From: Candidatus Thorarchaeota archaeon
GTDB lineage: Archaea; Asgardarchaeota; Thorarchaeia; Thorarchaeales; Thorarchaeaceae
Direction of reading: 5' to 3'
Assembly (NCBI GenBank): GCA_003345555.1
Contig: PRDJ01000024.1
Span: forward strand, 1-28,563
Length of the DNA: 28,563 bases
Numbering within the stretch: position 1 is the first letter of the stretch; every line of letters begins with the position of its first letter. The notes under the pieces were generated by a model. It ran no database searches, was not told where the DNA came from, and saw nothing but the letters and a program-made list of their open reading frames with translations. The translations under genes were made by a program, and so were the position numbers. Shown here piece by piece: positions 10,156 through 18,572 of this stretch.

Positions 10156-10895
10156 TGGCGCGCAAGCGTGAACCCGGCGGAATGCATGCATATTGGTACT
10201 TGGCAGTGTCTTTGTCGAGCCTCGGTATCATTCCGCTCATAACATTCTCAGGCAATGCAAGTCAGGCCATGTCCATTGAGCAATCGCGACTAGTCTGGTC
10301 TGTATTCACACTGATTTGTGTGGCTGGCACGATTGCAGGCGTAAGACCTTCGAGTTGTTCCAGAAGCTCGGAGACCGCTCAGACCCATGATGGGGCAGAA
10401 CGACCGGGTTTGACAAGTGATGGGATTAGAGTAGTACGCAGAAAAGGGCATCACTACTCATGCGACCGTTACTCAGGACACGTCATCTCCGCCCGTGATA
10501 GAGTCTTTTGTGCGGGATGCACGGGACTTGCCATAGGGGGGACAATCGCTGCATCTGGGAGCCTGCTGCACATGACCGCAGGCCTCTCATTGGGATCAGG
10601 CATGTTGCTGTTCTGGCTCGGCTTCACAGGCGTAGCAGTCGGACTACTCCAGCATCCACTCTACAGGGTCCTCGGCGTACAGAACGGGTTCGTCCGCGTT
10701 GGTGTCAACGTGCTATTCGTTAACGGAGCGTTCCTTCTTCTTACGGGCGCTGATCAACTGGTCCAGAGTCTCTCCCTTGACACCTACATTCTCATCGTTA
10801 TTCTCTTTTGGATTTCAACCAGAGTCGTAATGTCAAGAAGGGAGCATCTCAGAATCTGTGCGGAATGCCCTGAGTTGTCTTGCACTGGACGGTAG
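10155..10895 (+). CDS. Multi-pass membrane protein with a His/Cys cluster (distantly DUF2085-like)
   Basis: Several hydrophobic helices plus GHHYSC...GH...FCAGCTG and a C-terminal CAEC. The GTG start overlaps the radical SAM gene's TAG by 1 nt. Confidence 0.65.
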   Translation: MARKREPGGMHAYWYLAVSLSSLGIIPLITFSGNASQAMSIEQSRLVWSVFTLICVAGTIAGVRPSSCSRSSETAQTHDGAERPGLTSDGIRVVRRKGHHYSCDRYSGHVISARDRVFCAGCTGLAIGGTIAASGSLLHMTAGLSLGSGMLLFWLGFTGVAVGLLQHPLYRVLGVQNGFVRVGVNVLFVNGAFLLLTGADQLVQSLSLDTYILIVILFWISTRVVMSRREHLRICAECPELSCTGR

Positions 10896-11082
10896 TCAGC
10901 AAGAAGAAGGAATTCATCATGGTGCTCAAACCAAGCATCCTTGCACACCGTTCCGCGCTAGCCAGAGAGGACATCTGAGCTTCGGTCTAGGTCACGCCTT
11001 GTCAGGGCGGCCAGTGTAGATAGCGAAAGAAAGGGCCGTCCGCATCAGGACTGGCCCTAATCCCGTGAAGTAGTGGACCAAG

Positions 11083-11415
11083 TTATGTCACTCGCTTTCT
11101 ACGAGTGAGACCGTAGATTGCGCCAGCCAAAATGAGCAAACCGATGGCTATGACGAGGAACGGTCCTGCCGTACTGGTCCAGAACAGAGAAAGGTCGTAG
11201 CCCAAGTACCAAGACACACCGTAGATCACGATGAGCGCTCCGAAAACGAGGCCCGCAATCGCGCCTCCATTTGGAAGACCGAAACACTCGTCAGCGTCCT
11301 TGTCGCGTTTTCTGAACGCCGCTCTTGATCTGTCGGGATACAGTTCGGCACCGCATCGCGTGCAGGTCTGAGCGTCATCTGGATTCTGTTGACCACAGCT
11401 ATGACAGTACACCAT
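11083..11415 (-). CDS. Zinc-ribbon membrane protein
   Basis: N-terminal CHSC-x11-CTRC followed by two hydrophobic helices. Confidence 0.8.
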   Translation of the reverse strand: MVYCHSCGQQNPDDAQTCTRCGAELYPDRSRAAFRKRDKDADECFGLPNGGAIAGLVFGALIVIYGVSWYLGYDLSLFWTSTAGPFLVIAIGLLILAGAIYGLTRRKRVT

Positions 11416-11546
11416 ATATCACACAACCATCTGCATGGAGCATAAGACCACCTATAAAACGATAACGCTGGGCGGAAACAAAGCAACTCCGGCTGACATA
11501 ACACAAGGGACAAGAGTATGATCCGGGCGGACTAGGTTCCTTCCGC

Positions 11547-12461
11547 TCATAAGTGCAAGTAGGACTCCATTCTCGATTCGACCTGTTTTCGAGTGGGCAT
11601 ATTGTAGGGTCCCACAGTCTCTAGATTGTAGGAAGCACAGGTTGCTCCAAACAGTCCAGCTCTCCGGATGTCGCCCGTACGCATATACTCAAGAAGAAAA
11701 CCGATAGTGTACGTGTCTCCACACCCCGTCGAGTCCACAAACTTGTCAGCCAAAACGAGCGGGATATCGATGCGTGAGTCACGAGTGAATATGATTGACC
11801 CTCTTCGGTCGCGAGTCACTATTACCATGCGAGGCCCAGATATGGTGATCTGTTCAACGGCGGATGCCTTGGGCACGTCGCCGTAAGCTGTCTTCAGTTC
11901 TTGGCTGTCAAACTTCAATAGGTCAACATATCCTAGTATGTCATCTCTCTCTTCCCATTCCCGAGGGACGACCTGATCGCCTTCTATTGCTCTGAGGTAG
12001 CCTTGAACGTCAAGTGAAACCAAAGCCCCGCTTGCATGTGCCTGCTCAAGACAGGAGAGGTCCAGCTCGCCAGCCGTAAGAGGACAGAAATGGAATACTC
12101 TGGAACGAAGATGCTGCTTTGAGTAGTAATCGGCAGTCAAGCGAGGTGCAACAGCCTCTACACGCTGCGTCCGGTTGCCGGCTGAGTCATAGATGTTCAC
12201 GAACCGTGTGGAGTGAGGGCCTCTTGTCTTCAAACCTGTTAGGTCAAGGCCAGACTTCTTGAGAATATCAATGTACTCCTGCTCGAAATCATGGCCGACG
12301 CAGCTGACTATACCCGCACCCTTCGCACCTACTGCGGGAGCCAACATGGCATAGGCAGTTCCCCCTCCAAGACTTTCCCGAGTTATTTCTGGTGAAACCA
12401 GTAAGTCTCTACTCAGGTGACCCACGACGACGATCTCTGGGCTGGGCCGCGTCGGTGACAT
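11547..12461 (-). CDS. PfkB/ribokinase family carbohydrate or nucleoside kinase
   Basis: Motifs VVVGHLSRD, GGGTAYA, VSLDVQG, VTRDRRGS and DSTGCGDTY. Confidence 0.88.
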   Translation of the reverse strand: MSPTRPSPEIVVVGHLSRDLLVSPEITRESLGGGTAYAMLAPAVGAKGAGIVSCVGHDFEQEYIDILKKSGLDLTGLKTRGPHSTRFVNIYDSAGNRTQRVEAVAPRLTADYYSKQHLRSRVFHFCPLTAGELDLSCLEQAHASGALVSLDVQGYLRAIEGDQVVPREWEERDDILGYVDLLKFDSQELKTAYGDVPKASAVEQITISGPRMVIVTRDRRGSIIFTRDSRIDIPLVLADKFVDSTGCGDTYTIGFLLEYMRTGDIRRAGLFGATCASYNLETVGPYNMPTRKQVESRMESYLHL

Positions 12462-12647
12462 TGAGTTCCAGCAGACAGGGGATTGCTGTCACCTATAACT
12501 TCACTGATAATGGAGGGGACCAACGAACATACAAGTCAACAACGTAACTACCCATTTGGGACGTTGAATTCGAATCATTCTCAGCGGGTTGGTCAGTCAA
12601 CAACCATTAAAATGCCTTAGTCCAACTGTAAAAACGGGTCAATTCCG

Positions 12648-12929
12648 TTGGCAACAGTGACTGTGAAGTTCTTTGCGACTGTGCGCGAAATCACAGGCAC
12701 AAAGAGCGTCGAGATTGATGCACACAATGTTGAACAGCTGCTACAGGAACTGATTCGTACGTTTGGAAAGCGGTTCTCGGACGCAGTCATGGACCCTAAG
12801 TCCGGAGGGCTCAAACGATTCTATTCATGCATGGTGAATGGCAAGCGAATCGAGCTCCTCAATGGCTACCAGACAGCGCTAAATCAAGGTGATACTGTGG
12901 CACTGTTCCCACCCGTTGGAGGAGGATAG
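12648..12929 (+). CDS. MoaD/ThiS family ubiquitin-like sulfur carrier (SAMP-like)
   Basis: VKFFATVREITG...MVNG...GDTVALFPPVGGG, ending in a C-terminal diglycine. TTG start. Confidence 0.92.
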   Translation: MATVTVKFFATVREITGTKSVEIDAHNVEQLLQELIRTFGKRFSDAVMDPKSGGLKRFYSCMVNGKRIELLNGYQTALNQGDTVALFPPVGGG

Positions 12930-12931
12930 AC

Positions 12932-14341
12932 TTGGCTCGCTCCGGCTCCACAAAAAGCGCAAGCATAGGCAAGACCGGGTCGGTCCAGCTTGTGATAAAG
13001 AATGCCAAGATGCTGATGGAGTCCGGCATCCTCAGAGGAGGAGTCGCCGTGTCCAATGGACGTATTTGTTGTGTGGCCACAGACGAACATCTGCCGCCTG
13101 CTGAGACAGTGGTCGATGCTCGTGGACAAATCCTTATGCCAGGACTCATTGATGGTCACGCCCACATTCATGATCCGGCCAAGGCGGACCACGAGGATTT
13201 CACAACAGGTTCACGTGCAGCTGCGGCTGGAGGGGTGACCACGGTCATAGATATGCCTTTGACAAGTTCGGTGGTCACGCAGAAACAGATTGAGGAAAAG
13301 GCCAGTCAAGGTGCGGCGATGTCCATCGTTGACTTCTCGATGTACGCGGGCATGATGAAGTCAGACAATGTCGCCGCGATACCGCTCTTGATTGAGAACG
13401 GCGTCGCTGCTTTCAAGGCCTTCACCTGCGAACCATACTATGCGAACGACGGGGTCTTAACGCGATTACTAAGCGAGGTTTCAGAGCACGGCGGCCACCT
13501 TACCGTTCACTGTGAGAATCAGGGTGTGCTCGACGAGTTCAAGAATGATATGGAGGGAGAATGGGATGCTCCCATCAGTCATTCGCTGGCCCGACCCAAT
13601 CTAGCAGAGCAAATCGCCGTGCGGCAGACCATTGGCATAGCCCAACAGACAGGGGGGCATCTTCACATAGCTCACGTCTCAACGCGTGAGGCGATTCATG
13701 AAGTTGATTATGGAAAGCGCGCGGGGATTTTACTCACTTCGGAGGTGTGTCCACATCATTTAGTCTTCAACAGAGACGACATGAACAGGCTCGGGCCAAA
13801 GAGCAAGATGAACCCACCCTTGCGATCCAAGGAGGACAGGGCTGCTCTATGGTCAGCCCTCCTCATGGGGACCATTGACATTGTTGTGAGTGACCATGCC
13901 CCTTGCCCGATCGAAGAAAAGAACAGAGGAGCAAACGACATCAGAGACGCATGGGCAGGAGTAGACGGTATCCAGATGATACTCAGGGTTCTCCTCTCAG
14001 AAGGAGTCAACAAGGGGAGACTGTCTTTTGGACGCCTCGTTGAAGTTGCATGTAGAAACCCCGCAAGAATCTTCGGACTCTATCCCAAGAAAGGGGTACT
14101 GCAGGTTGGCTCGGACGCGGACATGGTGATATTGGACCCCACGCGAGAGGAAACGATTAAGTCGGATATGATGTTCTCGAAGTGTGGTTGGACCTTATAC
14201 GAAGGAATGAAGATGAAGGGAGCCCCTATTGCGACATTCGTCAGGGGAGCTCAGGTCTTCAATGAGGACAGAACCACTATGAAACCTGGTCATGGCACGT
14301 TTCTTAGGATGGGTGAAGGCAGTGCGCCATTTGAGGAATAG
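12932..14341 (+). CDS. Cyclic amidohydrolase (allantoinase / dihydropyrimidinase / dihydroorotase superfamily)
   Basis: Motifs PGLIDGHAH, AAAAGGVTTVIDMP, AFKAF (carbamylated Lys), VHCEN, HIAHVS, KMNPPLR and SDHAP. The moaD Gly codons GGAGGAGGA also serve as the SD sequence for its TTG start. Confidence 0.88.
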   Translation: MARSGSTKSASIGKTGSVQLVIKNAKMLMESGILRGGVAVSNGRICCVATDEHLPPAETVVDARGQILMPGLIDGHAHIHDPAKADHEDFTTGSRAAAAGGVTTVIDMPLTSSVVTQKQIEEKASQGAAMSIVDFSMYAGMMKSDNVAAIPLLIENGVAAFKAFTCEPYYANDGVLTRLLSEVSEHGGHLTVHCENQGVLDEFKNDMEGEWDAPISHSLARPNLAEQIAVRQTIGIAQQTGGHLHIAHVSTREAIHEVDYGKRAGILLTSEVCPHHLVFNRDDMNRLGPKSKMNPPLRSKEDRAALWSALLMGTIDIVVSDHAPCPIEEKNRGANDIRDAWAGVDGIQMILRVLLSEGVNKGRLSFGRLVEVACRNPARIFGLYPKKGVLQVGSDADMVILDPTREETIKSDMMFSKCGWTLYEGMKMKGAPIATFVRGAQVFNEDRTTMKPGHGTFLRMGEGSAPFEE

Positions 14342-14344
14342 GAC

Positions 14345-14836
14345 ATGCCGGATCTCAAGTTTGCCTTTGGCGACCCAATGGTATGCACCGGTTGTATGAT
14401 TTGCGCCAACGTGTGCAGCATGTTCTACTTCAAAGTGCTAGGTCCGACTAGGTCGAGAGTCAGGGTCTTGCGTTTCGAAGATGGGCTGGATTTTCCCCTA
14501 TTCTGTCGCAACTGTAAGGATGCTCCCTGTAAGGATGCTTGTCCGGAAGATGCAATCATGCGCACCTCTAAGGGAATCGTGACTGTAAACAACTCAAAGT
14601 GCACTGGCTGTGGAGCGTGCGTCAAGGCTTGTCCATATGATGCTATCTTCATCAACCCCGACTCGAACAAGGCCATCAAGTGTATTGCATGTGGCGAATG
14701 CGTGAAGCGGTGCCCGGTTGGAGCCATAACGATAACGACAGAAAATGATCTCAAGGAGAGAGACAAGGTAGGTAAAATCTCCGGGTTCTACGAGAAACAC
14801 AAGAGAGATCTGTACTCTAAGGGGGAGTTCCTCTGA
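14345..14836 (+). CDS. 4Fe-4S dicluster electron-transfer subunit of AOR-2
   Basis: Cys motifs CTGCMICANVC, CRNCKDAPCKDACP, CTGCGACVKACP and CIACGECVKRCP. Confidence 0.9.
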   Translation: MPDLKFAFGDPMVCTGCMICANVCSMFYFKVLGPTRSRVRVLRFEDGLDFPLFCRNCKDAPCKDACPEDAIMRTSKGIVTVNNSKCTGCGACVKACPYDAIFINPDSNKAIKCIACGECVKRCPVGAITITTENDLKERDKVGKISGFYEKHKRDLYSKGEFL

Positions 14837-16719
14837 TCAAGGGCGTGGGTGGCCGCTTTCTCCGGGTCGACCTGATGAGTGGGAGAATCGAAAAGAAGCC
14901 CCTGGACGAACAGCTCGTTCACAAGTATCTGCTCGGGGCCGGATTTCTCTCGAAGATGCTTTTCGACATGATTCCGGACAATACCGATCCATTTTCACCC
15001 GCGAATGTTCTCGGTTTCGCCACGGGATTGCTCACAGGTTCCATGTTTCCTCAATCCTCAAGGCACGTTATAGCTGCTCTGTCTCCCTTGACAGGAATAT
15101 GGGGTGAGAGTCACGCCGCAGGCTTCTGGGGTGCTGAACTGAAGTTTGCTGGCTATGACGCCATAATCTTCACGGGTGCATCTGAGAGACCCGTATACCT
15201 CCTTGTTGAAGACTCAAACGTGCAGTTGCTTGAGGCGTCTAGTATATGGGGCAAGGATGTCTTCGAGACCGATGGTGCACTGAGAGCCAAACATGGAAGG
15301 CAATCCAGAGTTCTCTCCATTGGCCAAGCAGGCGAGAACTTGGTCCGCTTTGCGGCCATAATGAACGACAGGGACAGGGCATCTGCACGTTCGGGTCTTG
15401 GTGCAGTTATGGGATCGAAGAAGCTGAAGGCCATTTGCGTACGTGGTGGCGGCAAGCTGGAGGTTGCGGACCCAGCCAACTACCTTAGAACAATGGATGA
15501 GCTATACAAGAGAATGCTTGCCAATCCCTTCACGAGGGGGCGGGCGGAGTTCGGCACGACAAGTCTAATCGAACTGATGCAGCATATCGGTCGTCTGCCG
15601 ACTTACAACATGCGGCAAGGCGTATTCGATGGATACGAGAAGATTGGCGGTCACGCTATCAACCGAGGATATCTCATTAAACCTAGAGCAGATTGGAGTT
15701 GCCTTCAGAGATGTGGTCGTTTCACATCAGTACCAGATGGTCCGTATGCGTACACAGGTGGTTCACCCGAGTTTGAGAGTCAGGCGGCCTTGGGATCGCG
15801 ATGTGGCAACGACAACATAGAATCAGTTCTCTATAGCCATCATCTGGCAAACAAGTATGGGATGGATACTATATCGCTCGGAGGCACCATAGCGTGGGCG
15901 ATGGAGGCTTGGGAAAAGGGAATCCTCACAGCCAAAGATACTGGAGGAATAGACCTCAGCTGGGGGAATCATGAGTCGATCGTTAAACTGACCGAGATGA
16001 TTGCTTTCAGGAAAGGATTCGGGGACCTGCTTGCCGAGGGAAGCTTCAGGGCTGCCAAGACGATTGGGCGTGGGAGTGAGAAGTTTGTCATGGCCGTGAA
16101 GAAGCAGGAAATTGCGGGGCAGGAACCCAGAGCCCAAAAATCAATGGGGCTTGCTGCCGTTACAGCCGCAAGGGGAGCCGATCATCTCTATGGATTCCCA
16201 GTGCTCGATGAAGTCGGCTTCGACGATGAGATAAAGAAGCGCTTCGGCTCCAAGTACCTGCCACAGATGGCGGACAGACTGAATCCGACTTACAAGGGCA
16301 TAATGGTTAAGGAATGCGAGGATTACATGGTTGTCGTGGAGAGTGTGGGCCTCTGCAAGTACGGCACACAGATTCCCCCAGAGTTCTACTACGAGGACGT
16401 CGCCTTGGGTCTGAAGATCCACAACGGACTTGATTTCACAGTCGAGGAACTGAAGAGAATCGGGGAACGAATTGTCAATCTGAATCGCTTGTTCAATGCC
16501 AGGTTCGGAATCACAAGAGATGATGATGCTCTTCCTGAGAGGCTAGTGGAAGAGGAAGCACCGGTTGGCCCTTCGAAAGGGCAGGTCGTTGAACTGGAAT
16601 CGATGCTCAGTGAGTACTACTCCCACAGGGGATGGGACTCGAAGAGTGGCCTACCGACAAGAACCACCTTGAGGAAACTCTCCCTTGAACAGGAAGGGCA
16701 GAGTCTCACGCGGCACTAG
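14833..16719 (+). CDS. aor: Tungsten aldehyde:ferredoxin oxidoreductase family protein (AOR-2)
   Basis: Motifs GQAGEN, ARSGLGAVMGSKKLKA, SPEFES, GMDTIS, RGADH and ESVGLC. The start is either GTG at 14845 or, more likely, CTG at 14833 overlapping the upstream TGA. Confidence 0.9.
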   Translation: MIKGVGGRFLRVDLMSGRIEKKPLDEQLVHKYLLGAGFLSKMLFDMIPDNTDPFSPANVLGFATGLLTGSMFPQSSRHVIAALSPLTGIWGESHAAGFWGAELKFAGYDAIIFTGASERPVYLLVEDSNVQLLEASSIWGKDVFETDGALRAKHGRQSRVLSIGQAGENLVRFAAIMNDRDRASARSGLGAVMGSKKLKAICVRGGGKLEVADPANYLRTMDELYKRMLANPFTRGRAEFGTTSLIELMQHIGRLPTYNMRQGVFDGYEKIGGHAINRGYLIKPRADWSCLQRCGRFTSVPDGPYAYTGGSPEFESQAALGSRCGNDNIESVLYSHHLANKYGMDTISLGGTIAWAMEAWEKGILTAKDTGGIDLSWGNHESIVKLTEMIAFRKGFGDLLAEGSFRAAKTIGRGSEKFVMAVKKQEIAGQEPRAQKSMGLAAVTAARGADHLYGFPVLDEVGFDDEIKKRFGSKYLPQMADRLNPTYKGIMVKECEDYMVVVESVGLCKYGTQIPPEFYYEDVALGLKIHNGLDFTVEELKRIGERIVNLNRLFNARFGITRDDDALPERLVEEEAPVGPSKGQVVELESMLSEYYSHRGWDSKSGLPTRTTLRKLSLEQEGQSLTRH

Positions 16720-16749
16720 AAGTAGCTACAATCTGACCCACTGTGGCGT

Positions 16750-16995
16750 CTAGTCGCAAGTAGCACACACATTCGTGACAGTATCGCGAATTCCGTCGAT
16801 TTTCCTCAGAGTGTCGACAACAAATGAGCTCAGAGCCTCGGGCGTCTTGAATGATGCTTTCAGAAGTAGGTCGTATGCACCATAGATGATGTACGCCTCC
16901 TGAACTCCATCAATCTTCTTTACGCGATTCAGGACTTCGCGTGATTTGGAGGATTCAACCTTCGCCATGATGAATGCTAGCACCACCACTATCAC
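16750..16995 (-). CDS. Stand-alone Lrp/AsnC ligand-binding (RAM) domain protein
   Basis: VLAFIMAKVE...V.EAYIIYGAYDLLLK...VVDTLRKIDGIRDTVT is a typical RAM domain; no HTH is present. Confidence 0.82.
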   Translation of the reverse strand: MIVVVLAFIMAKVESSKSREVLNRVKKIDGVQEAYIIYGAYDLLLKASFKTPEALSSFVVDTLRKIDGIRDTVTNVCATCD

Positions 16996-17186
16996 ACACC
17001 GAGATTATCACAATGCCTAAAGTGCAAGCTCCACTCCGATAATAAAAGCAGCTGTCTTCAAGACTCTGGTCAGACTGGCTCACGACGAGACAGACAACAC
17101 TCTTGACACATGATGTCCTCAAATCAGGAATGTTAATTAGATTACGACGAATCCGGGCTTTGATGCCCACGGGGGTCACAAACAGT

Positions 17187-17654
17187 TTGACGGCAGCCGG
17201 TCATAAGGCGACCAGCAGTCAGAGGCAGAAAGCTAGGGGAGAGAAGGACTTCGAGCCACGGATTCTGGCTTTCTGCTGCAACTGGTGTTCCTACGCAGGG
17301 GCAGATCTGGCAGGGACAAGTAGAAGGCAAATGCCTCCGAATGTCAGGATTATCAGGGTGAATTGCACGGGACGAGTGGACCCATCGTTCATCTTGGATG
17401 CACTGAACCAAGGTGCGGACGGTGTATTGATTTCTGGCTGTCACCCAGGGGACTGCCACTACACAAGTGGCAATCTAAAGATGAAGTCACGTTTTGCCCT
17501 GCTTCAGAAGGTGTTGGAGGAAGCGGGCTTCGAGCCCGAGAGAATCCATCTGCAATGGGCGAGTGCCGCGGAAGGCGATGTATTCACTGAAGGCATTACA
17601 TCAATGGTCGAGCGTATCAAGGCATTAGGACCGAATCCCGCAAGGAAGGACTAA
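17187..17654 (+). CDS. mvhD: F420-non-reducing hydrogenase iron-sulfur subunit D (all-Cys form)
   Basis: Motifs FEPRILAFCCNWCSYAGADLAG, RIIRVNCTGRVDP and GCHPGDCHY. The start is uncertain: TTG at 17187 after GGGGTC is likely, ATG at 17163 is possible, and the frame is open from 17103. Confidence 0.92.
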   Translation: MTAAGHKATSSQRQKARGEKDFEPRILAFCCNWCSYAGADLAGTSRRQMPPNVRIIRVNCTGRVDPSFILDALNQGADGVLISGCHPGDCHYTSGNLKMKSRFALLQKVLEEAGFEPERIHLQWASAAEGDVFTEGITSMVERIKALGPNPARKD

Positions 17655-17660
17655 CAACAC

Positions 17661-18572
17661 ATGACTAAGCGTATTGCCATGGCCCAGCTGACCTCTTGTT
17701 GGGGATGCGATCAATCTCTCTTAGACTTACATCTGGGCCTTCTCGAAGTCCTGCCTGAGCTGGAAATAGTATTCTGGCCGGCGGTCGTTGACTTCAAAAT
17801 CAAGGATCTCGAATCAATGCCGGATGAGTCGATTCACATCGGTCTTGTCGAGGGCAGTTGCAGGACAGAAGATGACGTGCGCTTGCTCAATCTGATGAGA
17901 GCTAAGAGCAAGATTCTGGTTGCATGGGGTGTTTGTTCCTGTTATGGGGGCATACAAGGCCTGGCCAACCAATGGGAACTTGATGAGCTGGTTGACAGGA
18001 AGTTCATGAAAGCAGACACGGTGACTGACCCAAGGATACCTTCGGAGAATGTTCCTGCATTTGTGCCACAAGTGCGGCCGAACGTAGACGTGGTTAAGTT
18101 CAACATCTTGCTGCCAGGCTGCCCGCCGACAAGCAAGAACATTGTCGAGGCACTAGCTGCTATTCTCACAGGGAAGCCTTTCGACCTTCCCGAAAAGAGC
18201 GTATGCGACCAGTGTCCGAAGGTGAAACAAGACAAGCACATCACGAAGTTCCACAGGAGCCATGAGGGCAGAATAGACCCCAGCAAGTGCCTCTTGGACC
18301 AGGGATACCTCTGTCTGGGATTTGCCACCATCGGGTTCTGCGGAGCAATCTGCCCGACAGTCAATTCACCATGCAAAGGCTGCTTCGGTCCAGTGCTCAG
18401 AGTCAAGGACCATGGTGCCAAGATTGTTTCAGCTCTTGGTGCAATTGCCGAAATGGAACCCGAGCAGCTCAAGGATTCATTTCCGGATCCCATCGGTTCC
18501 TTCTACTTCACGGACTACGCAGCGTCTTATCTGTCGAGAATGCGCGACAAGGCGAGGAGCAAGAAGAAGTGA
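17661..18572 (+). CDS. mvhG: F420-non-reducing [NiFe] hydrogenase small subunit G
   Basis: Motifs SCWGCD, VEGSCR, WGVCSCYGG, LPGCPP, VCDQCP and CLGFATIGFCGAICPTVNSPCKGCFGP. Confidence 0.92.
   Translation: MTKRIAMAQLTSCWGCDQSLLDLHLGLLEVLPELEIVFWPAVVDFKIKDLESMPDESIHIGLVEGSCRTEDDVRLLNLMRAKSKILVAWGVCSCYGGIQGLANQWELDELVDRKFMKADTVTDPRIPSENVPAFVPQVRPNVDVVKFNILLPGCPPTSKNIVEALAAILTGKPFDLPEKSVCDQCPKVKQDKHITKFHRSHEGRIDPSKCLLDQGYLCLGFATIGFCGAICPTVNSPCKGCFGPVLRVKDHGAKIVSALGAIAEMEPEQLKDSFPDPIGSFYFTDYAASYLSRMRDKARSKKK

Noticed and set aside
11005-11041. 8-bp GC hairpin (GGGCGGCC/GGCCGTCC) in the 187-nt gap between convergent genes
   Set aside because: It has no recognisable ncRNA features and no ORF support. 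It is most simply a terminator-associated or chance structure.
18287-18568. 94-codon N-terminal extension of MvhA in the ORF track
   Set aside because: It overlaps mvhG in another frame. Homology to large subunits begins only at GTG 18569.
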